A stretch of DNA of 64,000 bases from NCBI RefSeq assembly GCF_003790525.1, contig NZ_CP033635.1, one strand, 5' to 3'. The notes beneath the pieces are model-generated. The model was not told the origin of the DNA, did no database searches, and saw only the letters and a list, made by a program, of their open reading frames with translations. The DNA comes from Escherichia coli (GTDB taxonomy: Bacteria; Pseudomonadota; Gammaproteobacteria; Enterobacterales; Enterobacteriaceae). This document shows positions 18,366-26,682 of this stretch, in pieces. The position numbers were made by a program, and so were the translations under genes. Each line of letters begins with the position of its first letter. The first letter of the stretch is position 1.

Positions 18366-18793
18366 TGTTGTTTCCTCCCGTTCTGTGCTGGTCTGGCGAA
18401 TGAATTGCGTTGTGGTGAAAAGACCATTCGCGCCAGCGCGGCCTTGTGATTGACTGTGTTCAGTGTTCTGGCCAGTCCGCCGTTGTGCCTGCGTGTCCGC
18501 TCTTCGTGATATCTCTGCATGATTTTCCCGGCAGGCGTGCACGGCTCCGGTTCCTCCGGCGAACGGCGCGGACGAATGACGACAGTCCAGCTATGGCTCT
18601 CGCTGCCCGGCCGCCTGTTGAGTATGTCGGCGATGGTGGTCTCCGTGGTGCGATCGGGGCTGACTATCGTGATTTCCAGCTCGTCGCCCGGTTGTGGCCT
18701 TGTGGCAGGCCTGAACAGTGTCAGCACCGGCATACGCTGGCGCATGATGGCCTCAAACTGTGGGCGCTGCATGGTGCAGCAAAATCGCGTCAT
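18362..18793 (-). CDS. hypothetical protein (143 aa), Arg/Pro-rich
   Basis: ORF with start immediately after the gene A stop; GC-rich with alternative frames also open, so coding status is uncertain. Confidence 0.4.
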   Translation of the reverse strand: MTRFCCTMQRPQFEAIMRQRMPVLTLFRPATRPQPGDELEITIVSPDRTTETTIADILNRRPGSESHSWTVVIRPRRSPEEPEPCTPAGKIMQRYHEERTRRHNGGLARTLNTVNHKAALARMVFSPQRNSFARPAQNGRKQQ

Positions 18794-21300
18794 GCTCCCG
18801 CCTCCACTGGCTGCTCTGTGATGATGTGACGGGCTGACTCATCCCAGTACGCTGTTCCCCCGTTATCCAGACGCACACGGGCACCGTTACGCACGGAGAT
18901 GATGGCCGCGTCAGGCAACTGCACACCCAGCGCATCAAGTTCGCGGGCGATTTGCGTGTCCGTCGCGGTATCCGCAGGCACGACAATCCCCACCCTTACA
19001 GGGGTGTCAGATGCCGGTGTGGTGTCGTTTTGTCCGGTTTTTGCGCCCGACGGCTGATTTTTAATCTGATTACGCAGTTTTCTCCGATCGCCCCTGCTTA
19101 ACGTATTCAGCCAGCTTTCCAGGTTCTCTTCGGGAAGCGTCAGTCGTCCGGGGTCCTGCCTGTTTTCTGGTCCGTGATTGTCTGTTTTTTCATCCCGGGG
19201 ACAGTTATTGCCACGAGTCCAAGGGGCGACGGGGTCGCCCTGAAGGTCAAAACCCTCGCCCGTGCGGTTGTCTGGTATTGTTTCTTTTTTAACCAGTTTC
19301 CACTCGTCCGGATGGGTGCATATGGTGTACCGCTCTCCGAGCGACGGGGCGCAGATTCCGTAGATACGTTGAGGGAATTCACCGTAGTCGTTGGCTTCGT
19401 CTGCGGTTTCGTATGCGGTGCGGACCAGATACTGGTTGCGCGGAATGAGCACACCACCCTGTTTCATGATGTAGGTGGCAAAACATCCCACATCTGCGGC
19501 AGCCATAATGGCGTCAATATCGTCATGATCGAGGTGCTTCGGTGATGCCGGGTTGCGCTCCATCTGGCTTGCAAGGCGGCGGAGTTCACGCCATACCTGG
19601 CGGGGCGGAATGCCGAAAAACTGGAACTGACGGATGCGGTGAAGGCTTGCCCAGGCAATGGCGTTCTCCACGGTTTCCGCCATGGTTTTCCCGGATTCCT
19701 CATCAACGTAAGGTTTTCCGGTTTTCGGATCATTGTTGTGGAAAGCGCTGGCGTCCAGGTTCTTACCGATATAGGTTGCGATATAGCTTGCCGGTGTGCC
19801 TTTTTCCGGGTCTATCTTCTCGCATTTAAAGCGCGGTGAAATATCGTCCCCCAGTTCGTGGCGATCTGATTTAATTGCTGCTTCGCGCATAATTTCGATG
19901 ATGCGCTCTGCGTTCTCCGGGGAAGTGAATACCAGCATATGCCAGTGTGGCGTGCCGTCATGGTGTGGCTCAGCGGTTCGCACGCCGTACCAGCCCAGCC
20001 CCTCTTTTTTTATTTTTTTTCTTACGGCTGCGAAGAAGTCGTAAACCAGATAATCACTGGCATCTCGTACTGTGGCACCGTTGTATTTCGGGTTCAGGCT
20101 GCCGTTCTCGTTCACGCTGTGAAAGCGGGAAGGGGTGGTTACTGTGATGAAGAATGCGACGTCAGCCCGTAATTCGGCCACCATCTCCATCCCTCTGACG
20201 CAGACCATCATTTCATTGCGGCGGTTGCGTGGATTACCCAGGCCAGCCCAGTACACGTCCTCCAGACTCAGGCGCTCGCCGTCTTCGTTTTCAATATCCC
20301 AGCTTTTGAGAAAGTCACAGGTGCGCTGGCGCTTCTCGCGGAACTCCAGTAGTGACTCATGGCTGATATAGGGGGATTGTTTACGTGACACTCTGCCGGC
20401 GGCGCGCAGTAACTCCTCCCGCCAGAGATCGGCGACGTGGCGTAACTGGTTGTTCCACCAGGTCGCGCAGGTGATGCGCAGTACCGCACCCGGAACCCGT
20501 TCAGGGTCCGGCGGTGTGCGTCGGTTGTGCCTGATTTCGAGTTCCGGCCAGTATGGCGGGACCATGCCCAGAATTAAGGCTGTGCGTGCCACCTTCTGGT
20601 AGGCCAGCAGCCAGATAACCGGGCTGTCATTATCCTTGCCTGTCCGTTCAAGAACTTCATCACATATGCGTTCAAATTCTGCGGCGAATGCCTGGGCTGT
20701 CAGTGTGGCGATGCGCTGGATTTCGTCACGGGTGAGTTGCGGCAGTGTGAGCAGTTCTTCAAGGCGATGGCGCACGACGGTGGTTTTGAATGCCGGCGTT
20801 GCAAAGCGGTCGTTAACCCTTTCAATACGTTTCAGGCGCGCACGCAGTCCACGGCGAACGAAATTATCGGCCACGTATGCGCTGTTGTTTTTTACACCTT
20901 CACTGCGGGCACTTTGCTGTTTCCGGTTCAGTCGTGCCAGATCACGGATCAACACACTGGCAAGAAACGAGGGCAGGGTGCGAAGTTCGGCTATCGCCTC
21001 CGATACCGCCGTTGGCGGATTTTCGCGTCTGTGTCGTGCCAGCTTATCCAGCCTTATCTGCCGCTCTTCGTCCCGGTGAAGGTGTGAATTAATTTGCTTA
21101 CCTTTGTCCGTGGTTGTCAGGAAGGCCACGGTTTCTTCATCCAGCCGGGCCTCAGTGCGAATGTCTTCGGTGAGGTAGTCACGGATTGCCCGTTGTAATG
21201 CGGTTGGCTTCTGCGGTAATGCTCTGCCGAATGTCTCAGGATCAATAACCGGCAGCGGGGCGTTCCACGGGTACGCCAGGTGCGTGTGGTGATGGCTCAT
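18790..21300 (-). CDS. phage replication initiation endonuclease (P2 gpA-like, rolling-circle)
   Basis: 836-aa ORF; contains a GTPHWHMLVF HUH-type motif; position in the early operon as for P2 A. Confidence 0.8.
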   Translation of the reverse strand: MSHHHTHLAYPWNAPLPVIDPETFGRALPQKPTALQRAIRDYLTEDIRTEARLDEETVAFLTTTDKGKQINSHLHRDEERQIRLDKLARHRRENPPTAVSEAIAELRTLPSFLASVLIRDLARLNRKQQSARSEGVKNNSAYVADNFVRRGLRARLKRIERVNDRFATPAFKTTVVRHRLEELLTLPQLTRDEIQRIATLTAQAFAAEFERICDEVLERTGKDNDSPVIWLLAYQKVARTALILGMVPPYWPELEIRHNRRTPPDPERVPGAVLRITCATWWNNQLRHVADLWREELLRAAGRVSRKQSPYISHESLLEFREKRQRTCDFLKSWDIENEDGERLSLEDVYWAGLGNPRNRRNEMMVCVRGMEMVAELRADVAFFITVTTPSRFHSVNENGSLNPKYNGATVRDASDYLVYDFFAAVRKKIKKEGLGWYGVRTAEPHHDGTPHWHMLVFTSPENAERIIEIMREAAIKSDRHELGDDISPRFKCEKIDPEKGTPASYIATYIGKNLDASAFHNNDPKTGKPYVDEESGKTMAETVENAIAWASLHRIRQFQFFGIPPRQVWRELRRLASQMERNPASPKHLDHDDIDAIMAAADVGCFATYIMKQGGVLIPRNQYLVRTAYETADEANDYGEFPQRIYGICAPSLGERYTICTHPDEWKLVKKETIPDNRTGEGFDLQGDPVAPWTRGNNCPRDEKTDNHGPENRQDPGRLTLPEENLESWLNTLSRGDRRKLRNQIKNQPSGAKTGQNDTTPASDTPVRVGIVVPADTATDTQIARELDALGVQLPDAAIISVRNGARVRLDNGGTAYWDESARHIITEQPVEAGA

Positions 21301-21305
21301 TCCGC

Positions 21306-21719
21306 TTACTCCCCTGCTGTTGCCTTCTGAAATGCAGCCCGGTACAGCACAAGAAGGCGCTGGTATTCAGCGATAAAGTCTTCTGCTGTTTTAATCCCTT
21401 TCACGACCACGCTGTGGGTGGTCATTTCCAGAACGAGCACCATTTCTGACGATGACCAGCTGATAACGCTGCTGTCGCACCCGTTGATGTGGAACAGGCC
21501 CAGCTCCAGGCTGTGGTTCTGGTCTCTGACATCCACGCGGTAACGGTCGTCAACGGTGAAGGAAAAATCCCCGTATGTGGCAGCGCTGCGGGCTGCCTGT
21601 TTACAGGCGCGGCGGTAATAGTCGTGCAGGTCATTGAGACGGGAAGCGAGGCGTGGATCCACCGCCCACATCCAGTTAAAAAAATCCTGAATATCTGAAA
21701 GTCCCTTAACGCTCTTCAT
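21306..21719 (-). CDS. hypothetical protein (137 aa)
   Basis: ORF immediately upstream of gene A on the same strand. Confidence 0.5.
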   Translation of the reverse strand: MKSVKGLSDIQDFFNWMWAVDPRLASRLNDLHDYYRRACKQAARSAATYGDFSFTVDDRYRVDVRDQNHSLELGLFHINGCDSSVISWSSSEMVLVLEMTTHSVVVKGIKTAEDFIAEYQRLLVLYRAAFQKATAGE

Positions 21720-21787
21720 GAGAACCTCCGGAAACGGACGTGCGGAAGCCTCCCGCGTACGGGGGCGGGATGGCTCCGGGATGTTGA

Positions 21788-22012
21788 TTAGTGGTGGTGC
21801 TGGTTAATGAGGTCCTGCAGCTCGCGCAGGTCATCCACCAGGTAGCTGAATACAGCGGCGGAATACATGTTTGACAGTGCGTGGCTGCGCTCATGCAGCA
21901 TATTGATGTGCATGATATGCGCGACGCGGAATGCGCGGAAAAGTCTGCGGTTGATTTCAGTCTGGATGTGACGACGCGCAGCGTATGCGCGCTGTTGTTT
22001 GCGGTTTGCCAT
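21788..22012 (-). CDS. hypothetical small basic protein (74 aa) with C-terminal His run
   Basis: ORF downstream of the iteron-like non-coding region. Confidence 0.45.
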   Translation of the reverse strand: MANRKQQRAYAARRHIQTEINRRLFRAFRVAHIMHINMLHERSHALSNMYSAAVFSYLVDDLRELQDLINQHHH

Positions 22013-22332
22013 GGTGTGGCCTCTGTAGTTGCAAGTTTTGAAAACTCACCATCCAGAGGTTGCAATTCTGGGTGGCGAGACGTACAGGGTTGCAACCACC
22101 GGCAACTACAGAAACCGGCCCGACCGAAGTCGGCCCCATACGCCCCGCCATAATTCTGGCGCGAAAAAGACGTGGCGATACGGTACGCACAAAAAAACCG
22201 CTGGCGCGGTTGTGCGCTGTAGTTGTCAGCGGGGGTTGCAATCCCGGCACCCGTTTTATGAGGTGCAGCGGAAATGTAACCTGACTGATTGCGGCATGGC
22301 AAGCGGTTTTTTTGTGTGTGCATAGTGGTTAC
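22013..22332. repeat. non-coding region with iteron-like CTGTAGTTG / GGTTGCAA repeats
   Basis: GGTTGCAA-type motif at about 22027, 22059, 22089, 22235; CTGTAGTTG at about 22023 and 22218, with its reverse complement at about 22103; all read directly. Confidence 0.6.
22191..22211 (-). terminator. rho-independent terminator inside the iteron region
   Basis: Minus strand reads AACCGC-GCCA-GCGGTT followed by T7. Confidence 0.5.
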
Positions 22333-22971
22333 TCAGTCCGGTAGCAGTTCGCAAAGCACGGTGTCAGCGGCGGTATATCGTGCGTAAAGCCGGGCGAGGA
22401 CCCATCTTTTAAGGGATATCCCGGCCGTGTCCCGGATGTACTTTCTGATTTCGCTGAATGTCATCCCCTGTTCATCGCGCAGTTCAGTTACCAACTCCAC
22501 CAGGTGATCGCTGTATCTGGCTCTGTGGTGGAGTTCCCCGTATTTCCTGAACCGGTACCCTCTTTTTCTCAGGTTCAGTCCCACCGTGGATGTCGAGCGC
22601 CCCAGTTCATTCGCGAGTTCCCGGATGGTTTTTGTGTGGCGATTCCTGATGAGCGTGTTGAGTTCTTTTGTATTCAGGGGGGGTTGTTTGGTGTGGATAA
22701 CCCCCTGAGAGAGCAAAAGACGGATGCGGCTTCGTATTGCTGGCCCGGTTCTCTGAAAGTGTTTTGTCAGTTCTGGTACGGTGTGGGAGGGGTATAAACC
22801 GACCAGTAGAGCATCTTCCTGTTGTGTCCAGGCTCTGACATGCTTCGGTGGTACACCTGATACACCCATAGGTTTAAGTGCGGGCATAGTTGTTCTCCGT
22901 TGTTCTGTTTTGTGTCGGGGTAATGGTCCGGTTTTTTCGCCTTCAACCGGAAAAGAAGGGCGTGTTAGCAT
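22333..22971 (-). CDS. putative DNA-binding protein with repeated helix-turn-helix / Myb-SANT-like motifs; start uncertain
   Basis: WTQQEDALLVGLYPSHTVPELTKHFQRTGPAIRSRIRLL and two further HTH-like segments; several in-frame Met candidates. Confidence 0.5.
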   Translation of the reverse strand: MLTRPSFPVEGEKTGPLPRHKTEQRRTTMPALKPMGVSGVPPKHVRAWTQQEDALLVGLYPSHTVPELTKHFQRTGPAIRSRIRLLLSQGVIHTKQPPLNTKELNTLIRNRHTKTIRELANELGRSTSTVGLNLRKRGYRFRKYGELHHRARYSDHLVELVTELRDEQGMTFSEIRKYIRDTAGISLKRWVLARLYARYTAADTVLCELLPD

Positions 22972-23121
22972 TGATGAATCCGCCGTTCAGTGGATCTGGC
23001 GGACACTTTGTTCAACACGCCCGGGGGTAAAGATGTCTGGCTGCAAAAATTCCACGAGCCAGGTTACCCTGCACTCTGCGCTGATTAGGGGCAGAGCGAT
23101 GACGATGAGGGATAAAACACC

Positions 23122-23604
23122 ATGCAAAACAACCAACGTAAAAAATCGAGAGAACGGGATGAGGTCATGTTCCGTCTCTGGTACAGCTACTGGCTGGAGC
23201 GCATCGCGGCGGTATTCAATCGTCGCCTTGATGCGATCATCAACATTTTGATCCTTGCGGCGGGTGCGTTCATCGTAGCCGGCTGGCATTTCGGCTGGGT
23301 GCTTGGGGCAGTGGTGGTGGTTCTCGGAGCCTGTAATTTCATATGTCGTTTCGGGCAACGTGCGCAGGCGGCGAGTGAGCATGCCCATCGCTACAATGAG
23401 TTGATTACCAAAAGCGCCCTCCTCAGTACGGAAGCTCTGCTGGCACGCCTTCCAGAGCTTGAGATGCATGACTCTCCTGTCCTGGAATGCATGGAAAATG
23501 TGGCGTACAACAAAGCCTGTATGTCTCTGAATATCAGTCATCGTGAATCTCTCTCTTTCGCTGAAAAGATGATGGCTGCCATTACGATCGGTTTTTCCCG
23601 ATAA
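23122..23604 (+). CDS. predicted 2-TM inner-membrane protein (160 aa), opposite strand to the surrounding early operon
   Basis: GAGGG about 11 bp upstream of ATG; basic N-terminus, two adjacent hydrophobic helices (ILILAAGAFIVAGW and WVLGAVVVVLGACNFI), helical C-terminus; preferred over the overlapping His/Arg-rich antisense ORF. Confidence 0.55.
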   Translation: MQNNQRKKSRERDEVMFRLWYSYWLERIAAVFNRRLDAIINILILAAGAFIVAGWHFGWVLGAVVVVLGACNFICRFGQRAQAASEHAHRYNELITKSALLSTEALLARLPELEMHDSPVLECMENVAYNKACMSLNISHRESLSFAEKMMAAITIGFSR

Positions 23605-23643
23605 GTGCCCTGCGTGTGTCATCTGACGCTCGCCATGTTCCCG

Positions 23644-23892
23644 TCAGTCGTTCGGGTTTATGACGTAATCCACGACGTTTTCCACGCGGCGGCGTAATTC
23701 CCTGTGTATCTGGCCTGGTGTTGCTGGTTCGCCCGGTTGCCCCAGGCCTGCCACAAAATCGTCGATTTCACTCATAAGCAGGTTGCGCATTACGGCGATA
23801 TGGTGACGCGCCTCTTTGCCTGGTCTGCGTGCGTTGGTATCGTGTTTGCTGCTCATGTTCTTACCTCGCTTATTATCTCGAGTTCGCGCCAT
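23644..23892 (-). CDS. hypothetical small basic protein; start possibly at 23856
   Basis: ORF in early operon; an internal ATG overlaps the upstream stop. Confidence 0.4.
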   Translation of the reverse strand: MARTRDNKRGKNMSSKHDTNARRPGKEARHHIAVMRNLLMSEIDDFVAGLGQPGEPATPGQIHRELRRRVENVVDYVINPND

Positions 23893-24062
23893 GACTCTGT
23901 CAGGACGGTTATCTGTGACCCGTCCGTCAGGTGGACGTAAATCAGTTCGTCACCTGCCGGGCATCGGGTGGTGGTGGCGATGACACTGCTTTCCACTTCG
24001 TATTCCATCCCGGATGTATCGGTAAAAAGCGTTTTATTGCGTCTTCTCAGAATTGCAGTCAT
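23853..24062 (-). CDS. hypothetical protein (69 aa)
   Basis: ORF in early operon. Confidence 0.4.
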   Translation of the reverse strand: MTAILRRRNKTLFTDTSGMEYEVESSVIATTTRCPAGDELIYVHLTDGSQITVLTESWRELEIISEVRT

Positions 24063-24072
24063 GGTGTGGCCC

Positions 24073-24366
24073 TCAGTGTATTCGTGATGACGTGCCAGCC
24101 TCAGTGCTCTGAAGCTGACGTCTGAGGTTTTTCAGCTCCTGAGCCAGCCTGATGTTTTCTTCCCGGAACTCAGAAAGCGCCTGCACGGCAAGGGCGATGG
24201 CTATCGCTTCTGTCTGGTGCATCATGGCTAATAATATTTCTTCCGGATGTTCCATTAATTCACGGCTTAGTTTGTTTTTTTTCTTAATTAATTTGTTTGT
24301 GCCTTCGATTATTTTGTTGACCTGTTCACTGTTATCAATGATTCGGTTTTTTTTATTATTAAGCAT
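24073..24366 (-). CDS. hypothetical protein (97 aa), Lys-rich N-terminus, predicted coiled coil
   Basis: AT-rich ORF; heptad-like helical sequence. Confidence 0.45.
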   Translation of the reverse strand: MLNNKKNRIIDNSEQVNKIIEGTNKLIKKKNKLSRELMEHPEEILLAMMHQTEAIAIALAVQALSEFREENIRLAQELKNLRRQLQSTEAGTSSRIH

Positions 24367-24446
24367 TCCTGATTTCTCCTTTTTGAGCGGGTCAACCCCT
24401 CCGCGTGAGCGGATGTTTCTGGTTGTTTCTGGTGTTAAACGCCTGT

Positions 24447-24572
24447 TTATTTACGGCGCTTATCGCCAGTAAATAACGATTCAATGGTGTTAATGCTGTT
24501 AATTACCCGCATAATCCCCACAGCGCAAATAATGGCAAGGATAAGAATTAACCATGACATAAATACGCTCAT
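24447..24572 (-). CDS. unlisted small hydrophobic peptide (41 aa, MSVFMSWLILILAIICAVGIMRVINSINTIESLFTGDKRRK)
   Basis: My own reverse-complement translation; ATG overlaps the TGA of the upstream 80-aa gene in an ATGA arrangement; single predicted TM helix. Confidence 0.3.
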   Translation of the reverse strand: MSVFMSWLILILAIICAVGIMRVINSINTIESLFTGDKRRK

Positions 24573-24811
24573 GCTTCCTCCTGAATTACAAAGGGGGTTA
24601 TTACGTTTCCTTCAGACAGGTCTTTATTAATGGCCTGTAATTCCGTCAGAGCTTCATTATCTCCGGAACCAAAGGCGCAACAGGTCAGGCCCTTGATTGC
24701 TGTAGTCAGTGCTGCAAGTGAAACAGCGTCACCGTTAGTGCCACGGCTTGTAAGTCCGTAATGGTAATTCTGAAGCGCGTCGTTAATGAGTTCTTTATAG
24801 GCTCTTTTCAT
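24569..24811 (-). CDS. hypothetical protein (80 aa)
   Basis: ORF in early operon. Confidence 0.4.
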   Translation of the reverse strand: MKRAYKELINDALQNYHYGLTSRGTNGDAVSLAALTTAIKGLTCCAFGSGDNEALTELQAINKDLSEGNVITPFVIQEEA

Positions 24812-24849
24812 CTTGCTGCCTCTTCTGTCTTATTAAGACTCCTTTTGCC

Positions 24850-25158
24850 TTAGTAGTCGGTATGCTGAAAGCTGCGCCCCTCGATTAAGCGGTCGGCAGT
24901 TCGCAAGGCTTCGTGCAGTGTGAAATCCTGTCCGAACTGATTGTCGCCGCTGCTCAGTGCAAAAATGCGGTTTCCGGTAAACGGATTGCGGTGGCATCTG
25001 TGGATCACGAGTCCGGCCTGCTCAATCAGCCAGGTGTGTTGACCAGTCTGTTTTACAGCATGACCGCCCGGCGTTGCGTGTGTTTCGCGCAGGCTCCAGC
25101 GGTTATTGCTGCGTGGTGCACTGTTGCGGAAATGTGGCTGTGAATAATGTTTTCGCAT
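24850..25158 (-). CDS. hypothetical protein (102 aa)
   Basis: ORF preceded by a strong AGGAG Shine-Dalgarno; follows a 280-bp AT-rich gap. Confidence 0.5.
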   Translation of the reverse strand: MRKHYSQPHFRNSAPRSNNRWSLRETHATPGGHAVKQTGQHTWLIEQAGLVIHRCHRNPFTGNRIFALSSGDNQFGQDFTLHEALRTADRLIEGRSFQHTDY

Positions 25159-25440
25159 TATTTATCTCCTGCGCTTATTTTTCCTTCTATGCAATCTTTC
25201 ATGAATAACAAATACTCATTGGCTTCCTCTTCCGTTTTTAATATTCTCTCCAGATAGAAATTCTGAAAGTGTATATAGACTTATGCTCCTACCTTTGTTG
25301 TGGCTATTATGTCTTTTGCTTTAAAGTGCAATGCGTCACTACTTCTGGAGGTTAATCTTTGTCTTGGTTTCATGTTGTTGTCTTCCTTTACTTGAATACT
25401 ATTGCGGAAATATAGCTACGAATGATTACGTTGTGTGCCT

Positions 25441-25647
25441 CTACCTGATGAGCCAGATGACAAACGCTGTAAGTCCCGCGCCAACAACTATTGGAAAAAG
25501 CCCTTTAGAATAAGCTGCGACGTAATGAACGTTGAGGACAATAAAACGTTCTTTTTGTCCTGTTAGCTTGCCAAGCAGATAAATCACTACTACGCCTAAT
25601 TCCAGGAATATAATGTTCAAAACGGCATTGATGATATTGCTGGTCAT
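25441..25647 (-). CDS. small membrane protein (68 aa, two predicted TM helices)
   Basis: Highly hydrophobic AT-rich ORF directly after the first early gene; weak ribosome-binding site. Confidence 0.4.
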   Translation of the reverse strand: MTSNIINAVLNIIFLELGVVVIYLLGKLTGQKERFIVLNVHYVAAYSKGLFPIVVGAGLTAFVIWLIR

Positions 25648-25655
25648 TTTCGTGT

Positions 25656-26177
25656 TTAGCCGGGCTGGTTGTTTTTGAGTTGCTCCAGTTTTGAAACTCT
25701 GGGGGAGTAAACCTGCTTACCTTTAACGGTCTGGCAGTCCTCCTTGTTTGCCGGTGAAAACTTTCTTTTCTTGCGGTCGTACGTCCAGTAGCTTTTCCAG
25801 TTGTGCCACTCTGGCGGTTCGCACTCCAGTAGTTCGTCGGCTAGTTCGTCCCAGGCTTTGGCGTTAAACCACCATGTACCGTCTGACTTTTCATCTTCGG
25901 GATTTGAGCGCGTTTTGTGACCCGGCATCTGCCCGCGCTGAATGGCGGCGCGTAGCGCAGATTTTGTTACCCCCAGATAGGCAGCCCCTTTTTCCAGTGA
26001 CACAAGTCCTGCGACTGGGCCGTCCAGTCGTAGGGTTGCGCCCTTTTTGTAGGACGGTCTGGTTTTGGTTTCCAGGTGTTCGTTGTCGTTGGCAGCTTCA
26101 ATGAATTCATTGTCCGCGCCATCATCCTGAACCGGTTGAGCGCCAGATAACTCTTTGTCGGCAATAATCTCCCGCAT
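25656..26177 (-). CDS. first early-operon protein, Cox/Apl-like helix-turn-helix protein with acidic N-terminal and basic C-terminal extensions
   Basis: Divergent from the repressor gene; HTH-like LEKGAAYLGVTKSALRAAIQRG; at 173 aa it is larger than P2 Cox. Confidence 0.45.
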   Translation of the reverse strand: MREIIADKELSGAQPVQDDGADNEFIEAANDNEHLETKTRPSYKKGATLRLDGPVAGLVSLEKGAAYLGVTKSALRAAIQRGQMPGHKTRSNPEDEKSDGTWWFNAKAWDELADELLECEPPEWHNWKSYWTYDRKKRKFSPANKEDCQTVKGKQVYSPRVSKLEQLKNNQPG

Positions 26178-26213
26178 TTGTTATCCTCTTGCATTGGTGC
26201 GCTTGTTGCGCCT

Positions 26214-26259
26214 TTTGATGATTTTTGATGACTTGTAAAGATAATCGTACGGTTATCTT
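26214..26259. promoter_or_regulatory. immunity switch region: two direct TTTGATGA repeats 10 bp apart plus a 22-bp near-perfect palindrome
   Basis: Direct repeats at 26214-26221 and 26224-26231; palindrome AAGATAAT-CGTACG-GTTATCTT at 26238-26259; lies between divergent repressor and cox-like genes; P2 C is known to bind direct repeats. Confidence 0.5.
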
Positions 26260-26280
26260 TTGTAGGAGATTAATCCCCAA

Positions 26281-26622
26281 ATGAGTATCTTGTCAATAGA
26301 CTATGCGAAAAAGTTGCGTTTGATACGCAAGACGGAAGGGCTAACTCAAAAGCAATTTGCTGATATTACAGGGTTATCTCTGGCAACTGTCAGGAATTAT
26401 GAGTCAGGGCAAAAGATCGCCAGAGCAAAGATTGTTGAGGCCGTCCTTCAAGTGGATCGGTTTGAAAAATATATGTTCTGGCTAATCAAAGATAAGACGC
26501 TACCTGTTGCCGGTCAGATCGCCCCGGCTCTCTCTCTTGATGGCTCCACGCAGTCGGAGGACGATCAGGTTTCAACCCGCAATACCCAAAAATCACCCCA
26601 ATCAGGCCGCAATGCTGGCTGA
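26281..26622 (+). CDS. phage immunity repressor, P2 C-type (XRE-family HTH)
   Basis: HTH LTQKQFADITGLSLATVRNYESGQ; C-terminal GQIAPAL segment resembling P2 C as I recall it; upstream of and co-oriented with integrase. Confidence 0.75.
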   Translation: MSILSIDYAKKLRLIRKTEGLTQKQFADITGLSLATVRNYESGQKIARAKIVEAVLQVDRFEKYMFWLIKDKTLPVAGQIAPALSLDGSTQSEDDQVSTRNTQKSPQSGRNAG

Positions 26623-26682
26623 CGCTGTATATTGAACGGGCGGCGTTCAGTAAGCAGGGGTTAACAGGTTTATCCGTCGGAG

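Noticed and set aside
21706-22323. 205-aa minus-strand ORF covering the iteron-like region
   Set aside because: Crosses a terminator and the repeat array; composition is non-protein-like and it overlaps the better-supported 74-aa gene
22987-23622. 211-aa minus-strand ORF fully overlapping the 2-TM membrane protein gene
   Set aside because: His/Arg-rich, non-protein-like composition; the plus-strand ORF has a ribosome-binding site and clear TM helices. Kept as the alternative to test
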